The translations under genes were made by a program, and so were the position numbers. Shown piece by piece: positions 46,968-56,196 of a stretch of 64,000 nt of DNA. The DNA lies in NCBI GenBank assembly GCA_963719225.1, contig CAVRAY010000001.1:768001-832000 (forward strand), given 5' to 3'. The notes under the pieces were generated by a model. That model worked only from the letters and a program-made list of their open reading frames with translations. It did not search any database and was not told where the DNA came from. Source of the stretch: Thermoanaerobaculia bacterium (lineage in GTDB: Bacteria > Acidobacteriota > Thermoanaerobaculia > UBA5066). How positions within the stretch are numbered: position 1 is the first letter of the stretch; the number at the start of each line of letters is the position of its first letter.

Positions 46968-48748
46968 TTGCCTTCCGCCGCGACGATGGCGCGGAGATCG
47001 GCCTGGGTCCGGTAGACGCCTCCGCGGACGACGGCTTTCAACTTCCGCACGTTAGCGATGTCGGCCGCGGGATCGGCGCCGAGGACGAGGAAATCGGCGA
47101 GCTTCCCCTTTTCGACCGTGCCGACCTCCCGGTCGCGCCCGAGCGCGAGGCTGCCGCCTCTCGTCGAGGCCACGAGGACTTCCATCGGCGTCATTCCCGC
47201 GGCCTGCATCGCTTCCATCTCCGCGTAGACGGAGACGCCGTGGAGCGTGAGGGGATTCCCGGCATCCGTGCCCATCGCGATCGGGATGCCGGCGTCGCGC
47301 ACGACCTTCAGGTTCGCGGCGGAGACTTTGTTCAGCTCCGCGGTGCGGGCGGCGCGGGTCGCCGCTGCCGCCTGCACGTTCGTCGCCTCGACCCTCGCCG
47401 TTTCGGCAACGTTCTCGCGCGTCGACGGATCGACGCAACCGTTCGGGTCGTCGATCACGGGCGTCTTCTTCGCCAGAGCGGCCTCGAACATCCGGACGTA
47501 GCCGCCGGCCACGACGAGCGTCGGGCAGTAGATCGTGCCGTTCTTCTTCGCGAGGGCGAGGAACTCGTCGTCCACCGGAACGTCCCAGACGCTGTGGACG
47601 AGAAGCTTCGCGCCGGCCTTGAGCGCCACTTTCGCCTCGGCGAGGCCGGTGGAATGGACGATCAGGCGCAGGCCGTTTTTTCTGACCTCCTCGCCCGCCG
47701 CGAGGACAAACGGCGCCGTCGTTTCGATCGGGAGGTCGGGCCGCACGATGTACCAGAGCTTGACGGCGGCCGGGCTCAGCGACTTGAGGTAGGACACGCC
47801 GGTTCGCGCCGACTCGGCGTCTTTCAGGTGGATGAACTGCCGCTCGGCGGGCAGGTTCAGCCAGTGGTCGAGGGTCGAGAGGAGAGGGCCGGCCGCGGCC
47901 ACGCGGGGCGCCAACGTGTCGTTCTCGGCCCGTCGAGGCAGCTCGAGCGTCCACGGATAGCCGCCCACGTCGAAGACGCTCGTCACACCCGAGCAGAGGT
48001 ACGACCGGAAAAAGCGCTCGGGATGCGCTTTGAGGAAGCCCTCGGTCTTCTCGTAGGGGTGCGTCTTCCTCACGTCGAGCGCGTCCGGCCGCCCGTCGGC
48101 CCAGCCCGTCTGCGAAAAGTGGACGTGCGCGTCGATGAGGCCGGGCGTGATCCAGGCGCCGTTCAGGCTTTCGACGGCCACGCCTTCGGGGACGCGGCAG
48201 GACGGTCGGGGTCCGGCGCAGTCGATCCTTCCCGCGCGCACCAGGACGACCGCGTCGGGGACGGGCGGAGCGCCGGTCCCGTCGACGAGCGTCGCCCCGA
48301 CGAAGGCGCGCGGCGGCGGGGGCGTGCCGAGCGGAGCGTCGAACGCGGAGGTGACGGTGATCTTCCAGCCCTTCGGAGTCTTGACGAAGAGCCGCTCGGA
48401 GAGGCCGGCGTGCTCGTCCGCGCCGTAGCGCACCCTGTAGCGATACGTGCCGTAGACGATGCCGGAGGAGACCGGCACGAGCCTCAGGTCGTCCGCGACG
48501 AGTGTGTCCGGCCACTTCGCGCCTGCCTGCTTCGCGAAGTCCTCGTAGCCGAGAGCGGGTCCCTCGGGCGTCGCGCGGACGAGCTGCGCGGAGTCGAGGT
48601 AGCAGGCGAGATACGCCGCCTTGTCGCGCCTGTGGATGGCGGCAATGTTCTTCTCGAAGACGGCGCGTGCTTCGTCTACGTCGGACGCGAAGACGGAGAG
48701 GAACGTACAGGCCGCGCACGCGACCAGAAACCGGCGGATCGTTCTCAT
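46964..48748 (-). CDS. Secreted amidohydrolase with N-terminal NTF2/SnoaL-like domain
   Basis: N-terminal NIAAIHRRDKAAY...KTPKGWKI; PGLIDAHVH, GTDAGN, GKLADF. Confidence 0.87.
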   Translation of the reverse strand: MRTIRRFLVACAACTFLSVFASDVDEARAVFEKNIAAIHRRDKAAYLACYLDSAQLVRATPEGPALGYEDFAKQAGAKWPDTLVADDLRLVPVSSGIVYGTYRYRVRYGADEHAGLSERLFVKTPKGWKITVTSAFDAPLGTPPPPRAFVGATLVDGTGAPPVPDAVVLVRAGRIDCAGPRPSCRVPEGVAVESLNGAWITPGLIDAHVHFSQTGWADGRPDALDVRKTHPYEKTEGFLKAHPERFFRSYLCSGVTSVFDVGGYPWTLELPRRAENDTLAPRVAAAGPLLSTLDHWLNLPAERQFIHLKDAESARTGVSYLKSLSPAAVKLWYIVRPDLPIETTAPFVLAAGEEVRKNGLRLIVHSTGLAEAKVALKAGAKLLVHSVWDVPVDDEFLALAKKNGTIYCPTLVVAGGYVRMFEAALAKKTPVIDDPNGCVDPSTRENVAETARVEATNVQAAAATRAARTAELNKVSAANLKVVRDAGIPIAMGTDAGNPLTLHGVSVYAEMEAMQAAGMTPMEVLVASTRGGSLALGRDREVGTVEKGKLADFLVLGADPAADIANVRKLKAVVRGGVYRTQADLRAIVAAEGK

Positions 48749-48771
48749 GCGGGGATTATCCCCGCGATGTG

Positions 48772-50460
48772 TCAGACGCCTCGTTTCAAGAGCGTGAGCG
48801 CCGCCGCCACGAGGGCGAGTCCGAGGAGGGCGAGCATCCCGTCCGACAGCGTCGGGATGTTGCTGGCGGCACCTGGAGGGCCGGTCGTCGGGGTGGGCGT
48901 GACGGTGGGCGTCGTCGTAGGCGTCGCCGTGGCGATCGTCGTCGGCGTGGTCGTGGGCGTGGGCGTGGGCGGCGCGCCTGCCGCGTTCAGGCAAACCGAG
49001 AATTCGGACGTGTTGTTCGCGGGGTCGGTCGCCGTCGCCGTGATGATCGTCTGCCCCCCGGAAATGGCGAAAACGAGCGGCCCGAAGCTCGCGTTACAGG
49101 TCCCATCCGTCGTGACGGTGGCGAACCCGAGAAATGTCCGCCCCTCACCGTTGCCGGAGGCATGGCAGGTGATGTTCGAGAAGAACTCGACGCGGTAAGT
49201 CGTACTGGCCGCGCTGTTGAGCGTCCCGGAGATCGTGACGTTTCCGGCGGCGATGGACGCCGAGGTGAGCACGGGATAGTTCTGCCCGAGATTGCCCGGC
49301 AGGGTGTCGACGTCGCACGCGTCGTTGGCCAGGGGAGCGCCCGAAGAGAGGCTGATCCCTAGAAGTGTATTGGAGAAGATGGAGTTGCCCAAGATGGTGT
49401 GGCCGAAGGCGTTGTTTTGAACACGGACCCCCACGCCGGCATTGAACGCAATCGTATTGCTCTGCCCGAGGCTCGTCCCGCCGATGAGAAAGCCGGTTCC
49501 GTTGAAGTTGATTCCGCCGAAATTGGAGTTCCCCAGGGCGCCGACCCCGTCCCGCTGGGTTCCGACGAGATTCCCCTGGACGGTGCCCCCGCCGAGAAGA
49601 TCGGCGCCGCCGCCGCTGTTTCCCGAGATCAGATTCCCCAGAATGGTCGTGTTCGACGCCGGACTGTGGATGTTGATTCCCCCGGGGGAGTTGAAGGCGC
49701 TTACGTTGAGAGCCAGCGTTCCCGTGACGTCCGTCCCGATGTAGTTGCCCTGAATCAGGGTTCCATTGCCCGAGGTGAGGAAGATCGACACCGGCCCCGT
49801 CGTGTCGCCTGACACGAGGTTTCGGTCCGCGGCGGCGGGACCGCCGAAGACGCAGTTATCCCCCGACGACAGACGGATGCCGACTCCGCTGCCGCCGGTC
49901 GCCACCGTCCCTGCCGGATTCGTTCCGAGAAAGTTGCCCGCGATCGTCACGCTGCCTGCGTTGATCGTGATCTGGTCGCCGAGGAGTCCATGTATGTTCA
50001 GCCCGCGGATGACGGACCCGGCGGCGTTGACGGTCAGCCCTCCGGCCGCGTCGCCGTTCAACTCGATGAGGATGACGGCGTTGATGCCGGCGTTGAACGC
50101 GTTCGTGTTGGGGCTCGACACCCCTTGCGTGTAGCCGTTGATGAAGACCGCCTCGGTGATTGGCGGGAGCGGTGAGGCCGGAGTGATGGTCTTGACTCCG
50201 GCGCCTGGAATGTTGAACGCAATCGTGTCGAGACCCGCGGCGCCGGCCGCGCATTCACCCGCGGCTCCGCCCGAGGCCGTGTTCGTGTTAGCGGCGATGA
50301 TCGCTTCCCGCAGCGTGCAGACGCCGTCGTTGGCGGCCGCGTCGGACGTACCGTTGACCGTGATCGTGGCCGCGCCGGCGGGTGAGGCCGCGAGGAACAG
50401 GACCGCAGCCGCGATCGCGGGGACCCCCCGAACTTCGATCCGGGAACGCAGAGCTGCCAT
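48772..50460 (-). CDS. CSLREA-domain beta-helix surface protein with IPTL-CTERM sorting signal
   Basis: ITVNGTSD...CTLREAIIAAN; GNYIGTD repeats; NTSEFS; PT linker; IPTLSDGMLALLGLALVAAALTLLKRGV. Confidence 0.9.
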   Translation of the reverse strand: MAALRSRIEVRGVPAIAAAVLFLAASPAGAATITVNGTSDAAANDGVCTLREAIIAANTNTASGGAAGECAAGAAGLDTIAFNIPGAGVKTITPASPLPPITEAVFINGYTQGVSSPNTNAFNAGINAVILIELNGDAAGGLTVNAAGSVIRGLNIHGLLGDQITINAGSVTIAGNFLGTNPAGTVATGGSGVGIRLSSGDNCVFGGPAAADRNLVSGDTTGPVSIFLTSGNGTLIQGNYIGTDVTGTLALNVSAFNSPGGINIHSPASNTTILGNLISGNSGGGADLLGGGTVQGNLVGTQRDGVGALGNSNFGGINFNGTGFLIGGTSLGQSNTIAFNAGVGVRVQNNAFGHTILGNSIFSNTLLGISLSSGAPLANDACDVDTLPGNLGQNYPVLTSASIAAGNVTISGTLNSAASTTYRVEFFSNITCHASGNGEGRTFLGFATVTTDGTCNASFGPLVFAISGGQTIITATATDPANNTSEFSVCLNAAGAPPTPTPTTTPTTIATATPTTTPTVTPTPTTGPPGAASNIPTLSDGMLALLGLALVAAALTLLKRGV

Positions 50461-50581
50461 GTGTCCTCCTCGAAATTGCGCGAGAACGCAATCTAGGAGA
50501 TCCCCCGCCTCTTCGGCATAGCATGGGGATGCGGTGGATTCGAGGTGTGAGGGTGCTCGAGAGCGGGCCCCCGCCCCCGCC

Positions 50582-51232
50582 TCACTCGATGAGGCGCCGC
50601 CGCAATCCCTTGCTTACCGCTTCCGAGCGAGAATGGACGTGCAGCTTCTCGTAGATCGCGCGCACGTGGTCCCGGACCGTGTTGATCGTGACGTCGAGCT
50701 GGTCGCTCGCGGACTGGTAGCTGTGGCCGTCGGCGAGGAGGCGCAAGAGACGGATCTCCTGGGCGGTGAGGAGAGGCTCGGGCCGCGCCGCGCCGGGCGC
50801 CCGTCGGAAACGCCGCACGATGTGGCCGGCGATCTCCGGCGAGAGGGGCGTGCCGCCGAGCCGCGCCTGCCGGACGGCCTCCACGAGCTGCGCGGGAGGC
50901 GTCTTCTTCAGGAGGTACCCGCTCGCCCCGTTGCAGATCGATTCGAAAACCTTCACCTCGTCCTCGTACACGGTGAGCATGAGAACGCGCATCTCCGGGA
51001 ACTTCTCCGTCAGGACGCGCACGCCCTCGACGCCGGACATGCCCGGCAGGTGGATATCGAGAAGCAAGACGTCGCACGGGGCCGCACCTAGCCCGGCGGC
51101 GGCCCGCTCGACCGACGCGTAGAGGCCGACGCACGTCAGCTCGGCCGAGGAGTCGAGAAGGGCTCCCAACCCCTCGCGCGTGAGCCGCTTGTCCTCGACG
51201 AGAGCCACCCGGATGCGATCGCGACCGTTCAT
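50582..51232 (-). CDS. NarL/LuxR-family response regulator
   Basis: VED, LLDIHLPGMSG, GASGYLLK, TVRDHVRAIYEKLHVHSR. Confidence 0.93.
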   Translation of the reverse strand: MNGRDRIRVALVEDKRLTREGLGALLDSSAELTCVGLYASVERAAAGLGAAPCDVLLLDIHLPGMSGVEGVRVLTEKFPEMRVLMLTVYEDEVKVFESICNGASGYLLKKTPPAQLVEAVRQARLGGTPLSPEIAGHIVRRFRRAPGAARPEPLLTAQEIRLLRLLADGHSYQSASDQLDVTINTVRDHVRAIYEKLHVHSRSEAVSKGLRRRLIE

Positions 51233-51281
51233 CGTGCCGTCCGGCGGATCCTCCGCTGCCGGGCGCCTCGACACAACCGCA

Positions 51282-54200
51282 TCACGATGCGGCACGAACG
51301 GGCGCGCGGAGGGGGACGACGAGAGTGATGCGCGTGCCGCCCGCCGGCTGCGAGTCCACGCGGAGGTCCGCGCCGAGGGCGGCGGCGCGCGCGCGCATGC
51401 TCGCGAGCCCGTGGCCGGAGCCCGACGCCTCGGCCCCGACGTCGAAGCCCTTCCCGTCGTCCTCGACGTCGATCGAGATCGCGTGGAGGACGAGCAGGAC
51501 CCGCAGGGACGCACGGGTGCAGCGGGAATGACGCGCGACGTTCGTCACCGCTTCCTTCAGAATGAGGAAGACCTGCCTCCGGCGTTCCGGATCGATCGCG
51601 AGCCCGCCGACCCCGTCCGGGACCTCGAGCGTCCACGCGATGCCCCTGCTCTCGAGGGCGTTCGCGGCGAAGTGGCGGATCCGCTGGACGACGCTTCCGA
51701 GGTCGTCCTTCCCCGGATTCGTGGACCAGACGATGTCGCTGAGGGTGTCGACGAGGCGGCGCGCCGAGGAGCCGATCTCCCCCAGCAGCCGTGTCCGCTC
51801 GAGGGCGTCCCGGCTCGCCGCGAGCTCGCTCAGGATCGCGATCTCCGAGAGGTCGGCGCCGATGTCGTCGTGCAGGTCCGTCGCGACGCGCATGCGGACG
51901 CGCTCGACTGCGAGGGCGCTTCGGAGCCGGTTGCGATGAACCGCGTAGGCGAGCGAGGCCACGGCGACCGCGAGGAAGAGGAGAACGACCGGCCTCTTCC
52001 AGAGGGGCGGGAGCATCGCGAAGCGCACCTCGGCGGCGCTCGTCCCGACCGTGCCGTCGTTCGCGATCGCGCGGACGCGGAACCGGTATGTGCCGCCGGG
52101 CAGCCGCGCGAGAACGACGGAGCGCTGATCCGAGGGCGCGCTCCAGTCGCGGTCGACACCCTCCAGGCGGTGCTGGTAGCGCAGCTTCCCGCCCGCTGCG
52201 AAGTCGATGCCGCCGAAGTCGATCTCGAGCGGCGCGGCTTCGCGACCCGCGTCCAGGAGCGACACGAGGGTCCCGCCGAGCGGCGACAGCGGCTGCCGGA
52301 CGCCGTCCAGCGTAACGCGCGTGATGCGCAGCGTCGGGGGATTCTTCCGTGGCTCGCGGGTGGGATCGAGACGGGAGAGTCCCTCCCCGGATCCGAACCA
52401 CAGGTTGCCGTTCCGGTCGTGGAAGGTGGCCTCCACGATTCCGGGAGCGAGTCCGTCGTCGGCCGTGAAGTGCTGGACGTTTCCGGTCGCAGGATCGATC
52501 CGGTCGAGCCCGCGCTCGGTTCCGACGTAGATGCGGCCCCACCGGTCCTCTGCGAGCGACGCGGCGTTCTCGCTCGCGAGACCATACGCGAGGCCGAGCG
52601 TCACGAACCGCGGCTTTGGAGCGGCCGGCGTGTCGACGCGGGCGACGCCCCCCCGGCTCGTCGCGATCCACAGCCGCCCGGCCGCGTCGAGATGAAGCGC
52701 CCGCACCGAACCTCGAGGGAGACCTTCTCTCTCCGTGAAGAGAGTGGTCCGCCCGTCGCGATATCGCGCGAGGCCGCCCCGCTGGAAGCCGATCCAGACC
52801 TCTCCGCTTCCGTCCTCCGCGAACGCCAGCGGCGGCTCCCTGGGAATGCCATCGGCCTCGGTGAAGACCCGGAAGGAGTCCGTACGACGATCCCAGCGCG
52901 CGAGCCAGCCCTCCGTTTCCAGGAGAGAGATCCAAAGGTCGCCCCGGCTGTCCTCGTAGAGACGGAAAACCTGGTTCGAAGGAAGACCCTCGGCCTTCGT
53001 GTACAGGCGGCTCGGCGGAGTCGACACGAGGCGCTCGAAGGGGACCGATGGAAAACGAAACAGGCCGGAGAAGGTCGGCACCCACCACTCTCCGGCCCGG
53101 TCCCTGAGGGTCACCTCCTGCGAGCCCCACCCGTAGGGAGTGCCTTTCGGAAGACGCGGGCGTCCGGCACGGAAGCGCCTGCCGTCGTAGCACGCGAGAA
53201 AGCCATCTGCGCCGGTGAGCTCTTCGGGCCTTTGTCCCCTGGTGAACGCACAGGGCTCGCCGCCCGGGCCCTCGAAAAGGGAGGCCACTCGGTCGCTCGT
53301 CAGTCCGTCCCGGCGGTCATAGCGGCGGAATCCGTTTCGGGCGAGCTTCATGACGCCGGAGTCGTCGCTTCCGATCCAGAGATTCCCATTCCTGTCCTCG
53401 GCGAGCGACCACATACCGAGCCCGGACAGCCCTTCGGTCCCCGTGTATGTGCGAACCGCCGATCGGTCGGCGGCGACCTCGGTGAGGCCGCCGTAGCATG
53501 CCACCCAGATCTTTCCGTCTGAAGTCTCGAGAAGGGCTGTGACGGGTTCACCCGCGAGCCCGTTCGCACGCGTGTAGGCCTGGCGGACCTCGGAACCCTT
53601 CACCTCGAAGAGGCCCTGAAGACGTGTTCCGGCCCAGACGGAGCCTCCGCGGTCTTGAGTCAGACAACGGACCTCCACGAGAGGAGGGCCTGGCCCGATC
53701 ATGTGATCAAGGACCCCCCCGGCCGAACGACGGAACAAGCCCTCATCGGCTCCGATCCAGAGATTGCCCGCACGATCTTCAACGAGGGCGTTGATCGACT
53801 CCGCTCCCGCTGGCGCGTCTTTTCCCACAGGGACGCGCACCGCCTTCCACCCTATTCCGGCCGGGTCGAGGCGAAAAAGCCCGCTTGCGGTCCCCGCCCA
53901 GAGGATGCCCGCGTGGTCCTCGAGCAGGGCCTGCACGTCGTCGCCGTGCCCGTCGTCTCGAAGCGCGATCCGGAGGAAGGCTGCGCGCGATCGAGTCACC
54001 TCGTGGGCCGCGTCCCAGCGCACGAGGCCTCCGGCCGTCCCGATCCAGTACGCCCCATCGCGCGTCTCGATCAGCGTCTGGACACTCCCGGCCGGCAGTC
54101 CCTCCGCGACGGAGTAGTTCTTGAAGCCGTATCCGTCGAAGAGAGAGATGCCGTCCTCGGTGCCCAGCCAGAGGAATCCGCGCGAGTCGGGGAGGATGCA

Positions 54201-54338
54201 GTGGATTCGGTCGCTCGCGAGCCCGTCGGCGGTCGTGTAGGTCTTGAGAGGGAGCTGTTCCCCGGAAGCCGTGAGAGCTGGAAGGACGAGGAGCAGGAAA
54301 AGAGAGCATCGTTGAGCAGAAGCGTTGCGCCCGATCAT
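51282..54338 (-). CDS. Sensor histidine kinase with periplasmic beta-propeller (Reg_prop) and Y_Y_Y domains, HisKA_3 type
   Basis: Repeated DxxGxLWxGT; GTYRFRVRA; TM; DLHDDIG, KEAVTNVARHS, DDGKGF, GHGL. Confidence 0.92.
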   Translation of the reverse strand: MIGRNASAQRCSLFLLLVLPALTASGEQLPLKTYTTADGLASDRIHCILPDSRGFLWLGTEDGISLFDGYGFKNYSVAEGLPAGSVQTLIETRDGAYWIGTAGGLVRWDAAHEVTRSRAAFLRIALRDDGHGDDVQALLEDHAGILWAGTASGLFRLDPAGIGWKAVRVPVGKDAPAGAESINALVEDRAGNLWIGADEGLFRRSAGGVLDHMIGPGPPLVEVRCLTQDRGGSVWAGTRLQGLFEVKGSEVRQAYTRANGLAGEPVTALLETSDGKIWVACYGGLTEVAADRSAVRTYTGTEGLSGLGMWSLAEDRNGNLWIGSDDSGVMKLARNGFRRYDRRDGLTSDRVASLFEGPGGEPCAFTRGQRPEELTGADGFLACYDGRRFRAGRPRLPKGTPYGWGSQEVTLRDRAGEWWVPTFSGLFRFPSVPFERLVSTPPSRLYTKAEGLPSNQVFRLYEDSRGDLWISLLETEGWLARWDRRTDSFRVFTEADGIPREPPLAFAEDGSGEVWIGFQRGGLARYRDGRTTLFTEREGLPRGSVRALHLDAAGRLWIATSRGGVARVDTPAAPKPRFVTLGLAYGLASENAASLAEDRWGRIYVGTERGLDRIDPATGNVQHFTADDGLAPGIVEATFHDRNGNLWFGSGEGLSRLDPTREPRKNPPTLRITRVTLDGVRQPLSPLGGTLVSLLDAGREAAPLEIDFGGIDFAAGGKLRYQHRLEGVDRDWSAPSDQRSVVLARLPGGTYRFRVRAIANDGTVGTSAAEVRFAMLPPLWKRPVVLLFLAVAVASLAYAVHRNRLRSALAVERVRMRVATDLHDDIGADLSEIAILSELAASRDALERTRLLGEIGSSARRLVDTLSDIVWSTNPGKDDLGSVVQRIRHFAANALESRGIAWTLEVPDGVGGLAIDPERRRQVFLILKEAVTNVARHSRCTRASLRVLLVLHAISIDVEDDGKGFDVGAEASGSGHGLASMRARAAALGADLRVDSQPAGGTRITLVVPLRAPVRAAS

Positions 54339-54361
54339 TCCGGTCACGTCCGTGGAGAGCT

Positions 54362-56191
54362 CTACGGTCCCGCCGGTGCCGCCGGCTTCTCGATCCCGTC
54401 CCCCCGCTTCGCGAGGCCGGGGATCGTGATGGGGAGCCTGCCGCCGATCGCGGATTCGCCGAACAGCGCCTGAGCGACCGCCACCTGCGCGATGTCCTGG
54501 CCGCCCCACGCGCAGATGTACGTTTGAATGTCGGGGAAATCCCGAAGGAGATAGGGGCTTCCGAAGGAGACGACGACGACGGGCTTCCCGAGCGCGAGGA
54601 GCTGCGGGATCGCGGTTTTCCCGGCCTCCGGCACCGCGATCTTTCCCAGCCCCGAGCGCGTCCTCACGAAGAGCGAAACGAGAATCGCATCGGCGTCCTT
54701 CGCGGCCTCGACGGCGGCTTTCGTCTCCTCCGGCGTCGAACGTGGGTCGAGCGTCGCCGTCCTCGCGGACCGGTTCCGCGCCGCAATCTCGGTCCCGAGC
54801 GTTCCCGCGGGGCCGTTCTTCGTCGCCTCGTCCGCTACGACGAGCGAAAACAGCCTCGCGCCTCTCCTGAGCGGGATCGCCTCGGGCTGCTCGCGCACGA
54901 GCGTGAGCGAGCGCCGTGTGACCTCGGCTTCCAGCGCCTGCACGGCCGGCGTATCGACGACTCTCGCGACCGCGCCCACGAAGGGGATGCGCTTGTCGTA
55001 CAGTTTCAGTCTCTTCTTGCAATCGAGGATCCGCGCCACCGACTCGTCGAGGCGTTTCTCGGAGATCCGGCCCGACCGCACCGCCTCGCGGACGCCGGCG
55101 ATGGCGGCGTCCGTGTCGCTCGAGAGGAGAACCTGGTCCGTCCCGGCGAGGATGGCGCGTACGGCAGCCTCGCCGGCCGTGAAGTGGGAGGTGATGCCGC
55201 CCATCCGCATCGCGTCCGTCACGACGAGTCCCGGGAAAGCGAGCTCCTTGCGGAGGATTCCCGTGACGACGGGCTCGGACAGCGACGCGGGCATCGTGCC
55301 CTTCGTCTCGACTTCGACGTTCTCGCCGATGGCGTCGACGGGCTTCGGAGGGTTCGGGAGGGCCGGCGCGGGCGTGTCGTCGAGTCGGGGGATGGAGACG
55401 TGCGCGACCATGACGGACTCGGCACCGGCCTTGATACCGGCCCGGAACGGGACGAGCTCGACGGATTCGAGGCGCGGGCGGTCCGCGCCCACGATGGAGA
55501 GCTGGCGGTGCGTGTCCGTGGCGGTGTCCCCGTGGCCGGGGAAGTGCTTGAGCGTCGCGAGGACGCCGCCGGCCTGAAGGCCCCTCACCGTCGCCTCGAC
55601 GTACCGCGAAACGTCGGCCGGGTCCTCGCCGAAGCTCCTGACGTTGATGACGGGATTGTCGGGATTCACGTTCACGTCGGCCACGGGCGCGAACACCTGC
55701 CCGATGCCGATCGCGCGGGCTTCCCGGGCCGTGGCGAGAGCGCCGCGCTCGGCGAGCGCCGGGTCGCCGGCCGCCGCGATCGCCATCGCCCATGGGCCGT
55801 ACGTCACGTCCTCGAAACGCATTCCGAGGCCGGCCTCGAGGTCGGCCGAGACGAGGAGCGGAACCCTCGCGAGCTCCTGCAGCTTTCCGATGAGGACGGC
55901 AGCCCCGTAGACGTTCGAGCGGGACAGGATGACGCCGCCCACGTGGTTGTCCACGACATGGCGGCGCAGCGTCTGAAAGTCCTTGGATTCCTCGCTCATG
56001 TAGACGCCGGCCGCGGGGACGACGAAGAGCTGCCCGATCTTCTCGTCGAGCGAAAGCGAGATCGGGCGAGGGGCGTCCGGGGTGAGCTGGCCGAAGTCCA
56101 GCGTCACGGGCGGAAACGGGTTGCCTCCCGCGCACGACACGAGGAGCGACCCCGAAGCGAGGACCGAAAGAATGCGGACGGCCTTGAGCAT
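54362..56191 (-). CDS. nagZ: GH3 beta-N-acetylglucosaminidase, probable lipoprotein
   Basis: LVSC lipobox; ADLEAG, APVADVN, INVRSFG, KHFPGHGDTATDTH, VTDAM. Confidence 0.88.
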   Translation of the reverse strand: MLKAVRILSVLASGSLLVSCAGGNPFPPVTLDFGQLTPDAPRPISLSLDEKIGQLFVVPAAGVYMSEESKDFQTLRRHVVDNHVGGVILSRSNVYGAAVLIGKLQELARVPLLVSADLEAGLGMRFEDVTYGPWAMAIAAAGDPALAERGALATAREARAIGIGQVFAPVADVNVNPDNPVINVRSFGEDPADVSRYVEATVRGLQAGGVLATLKHFPGHGDTATDTHRQLSIVGADRPRLESVELVPFRAGIKAGAESVMVAHVSIPRLDDTPAPALPNPPKPVDAIGENVEVETKGTMPASLSEPVVTGILRKELAFPGLVVTDAMRMGGITSHFTAGEAAVRAILAGTDQVLLSSDTDAAIAGVREAVRSGRISEKRLDESVARILDCKKRLKLYDKRIPFVGAVARVVDTPAVQALEAEVTRRSLTLVREQPEAIPLRRGARLFSLVVADEATKNGPAGTLGTEIAARNRSARTATLDPRSTPEETKAAVEAAKDADAILVSLFVRTRSGLGKIAVPEAGKTAIPQLLALGKPVVVVSFGSPYLLRDFPDIQTYICAWGGQDIAQVAVAQALFGESAIGGRLPITIPGLAKRGDGIEKPAAPAGP

Positions 56192-56196
56192 GAGCG

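Noticed and set aside
48880-48970. GTGGGC/GTCGGC tandem repeats
   Set aside because: They encode the ordinary Pro-Thr linker before the IPTL-CTERM signal.
5820-56135. Apparent giant fusions in the ORF track (5820-8399, 10505-13147, 24872-28525, 29455-31470, 34645-37128, 51282-56135)
   Set aside because: The N-terminal parts are off-frame read-through of neighbouring genes; the true starts are internal, as annotated.
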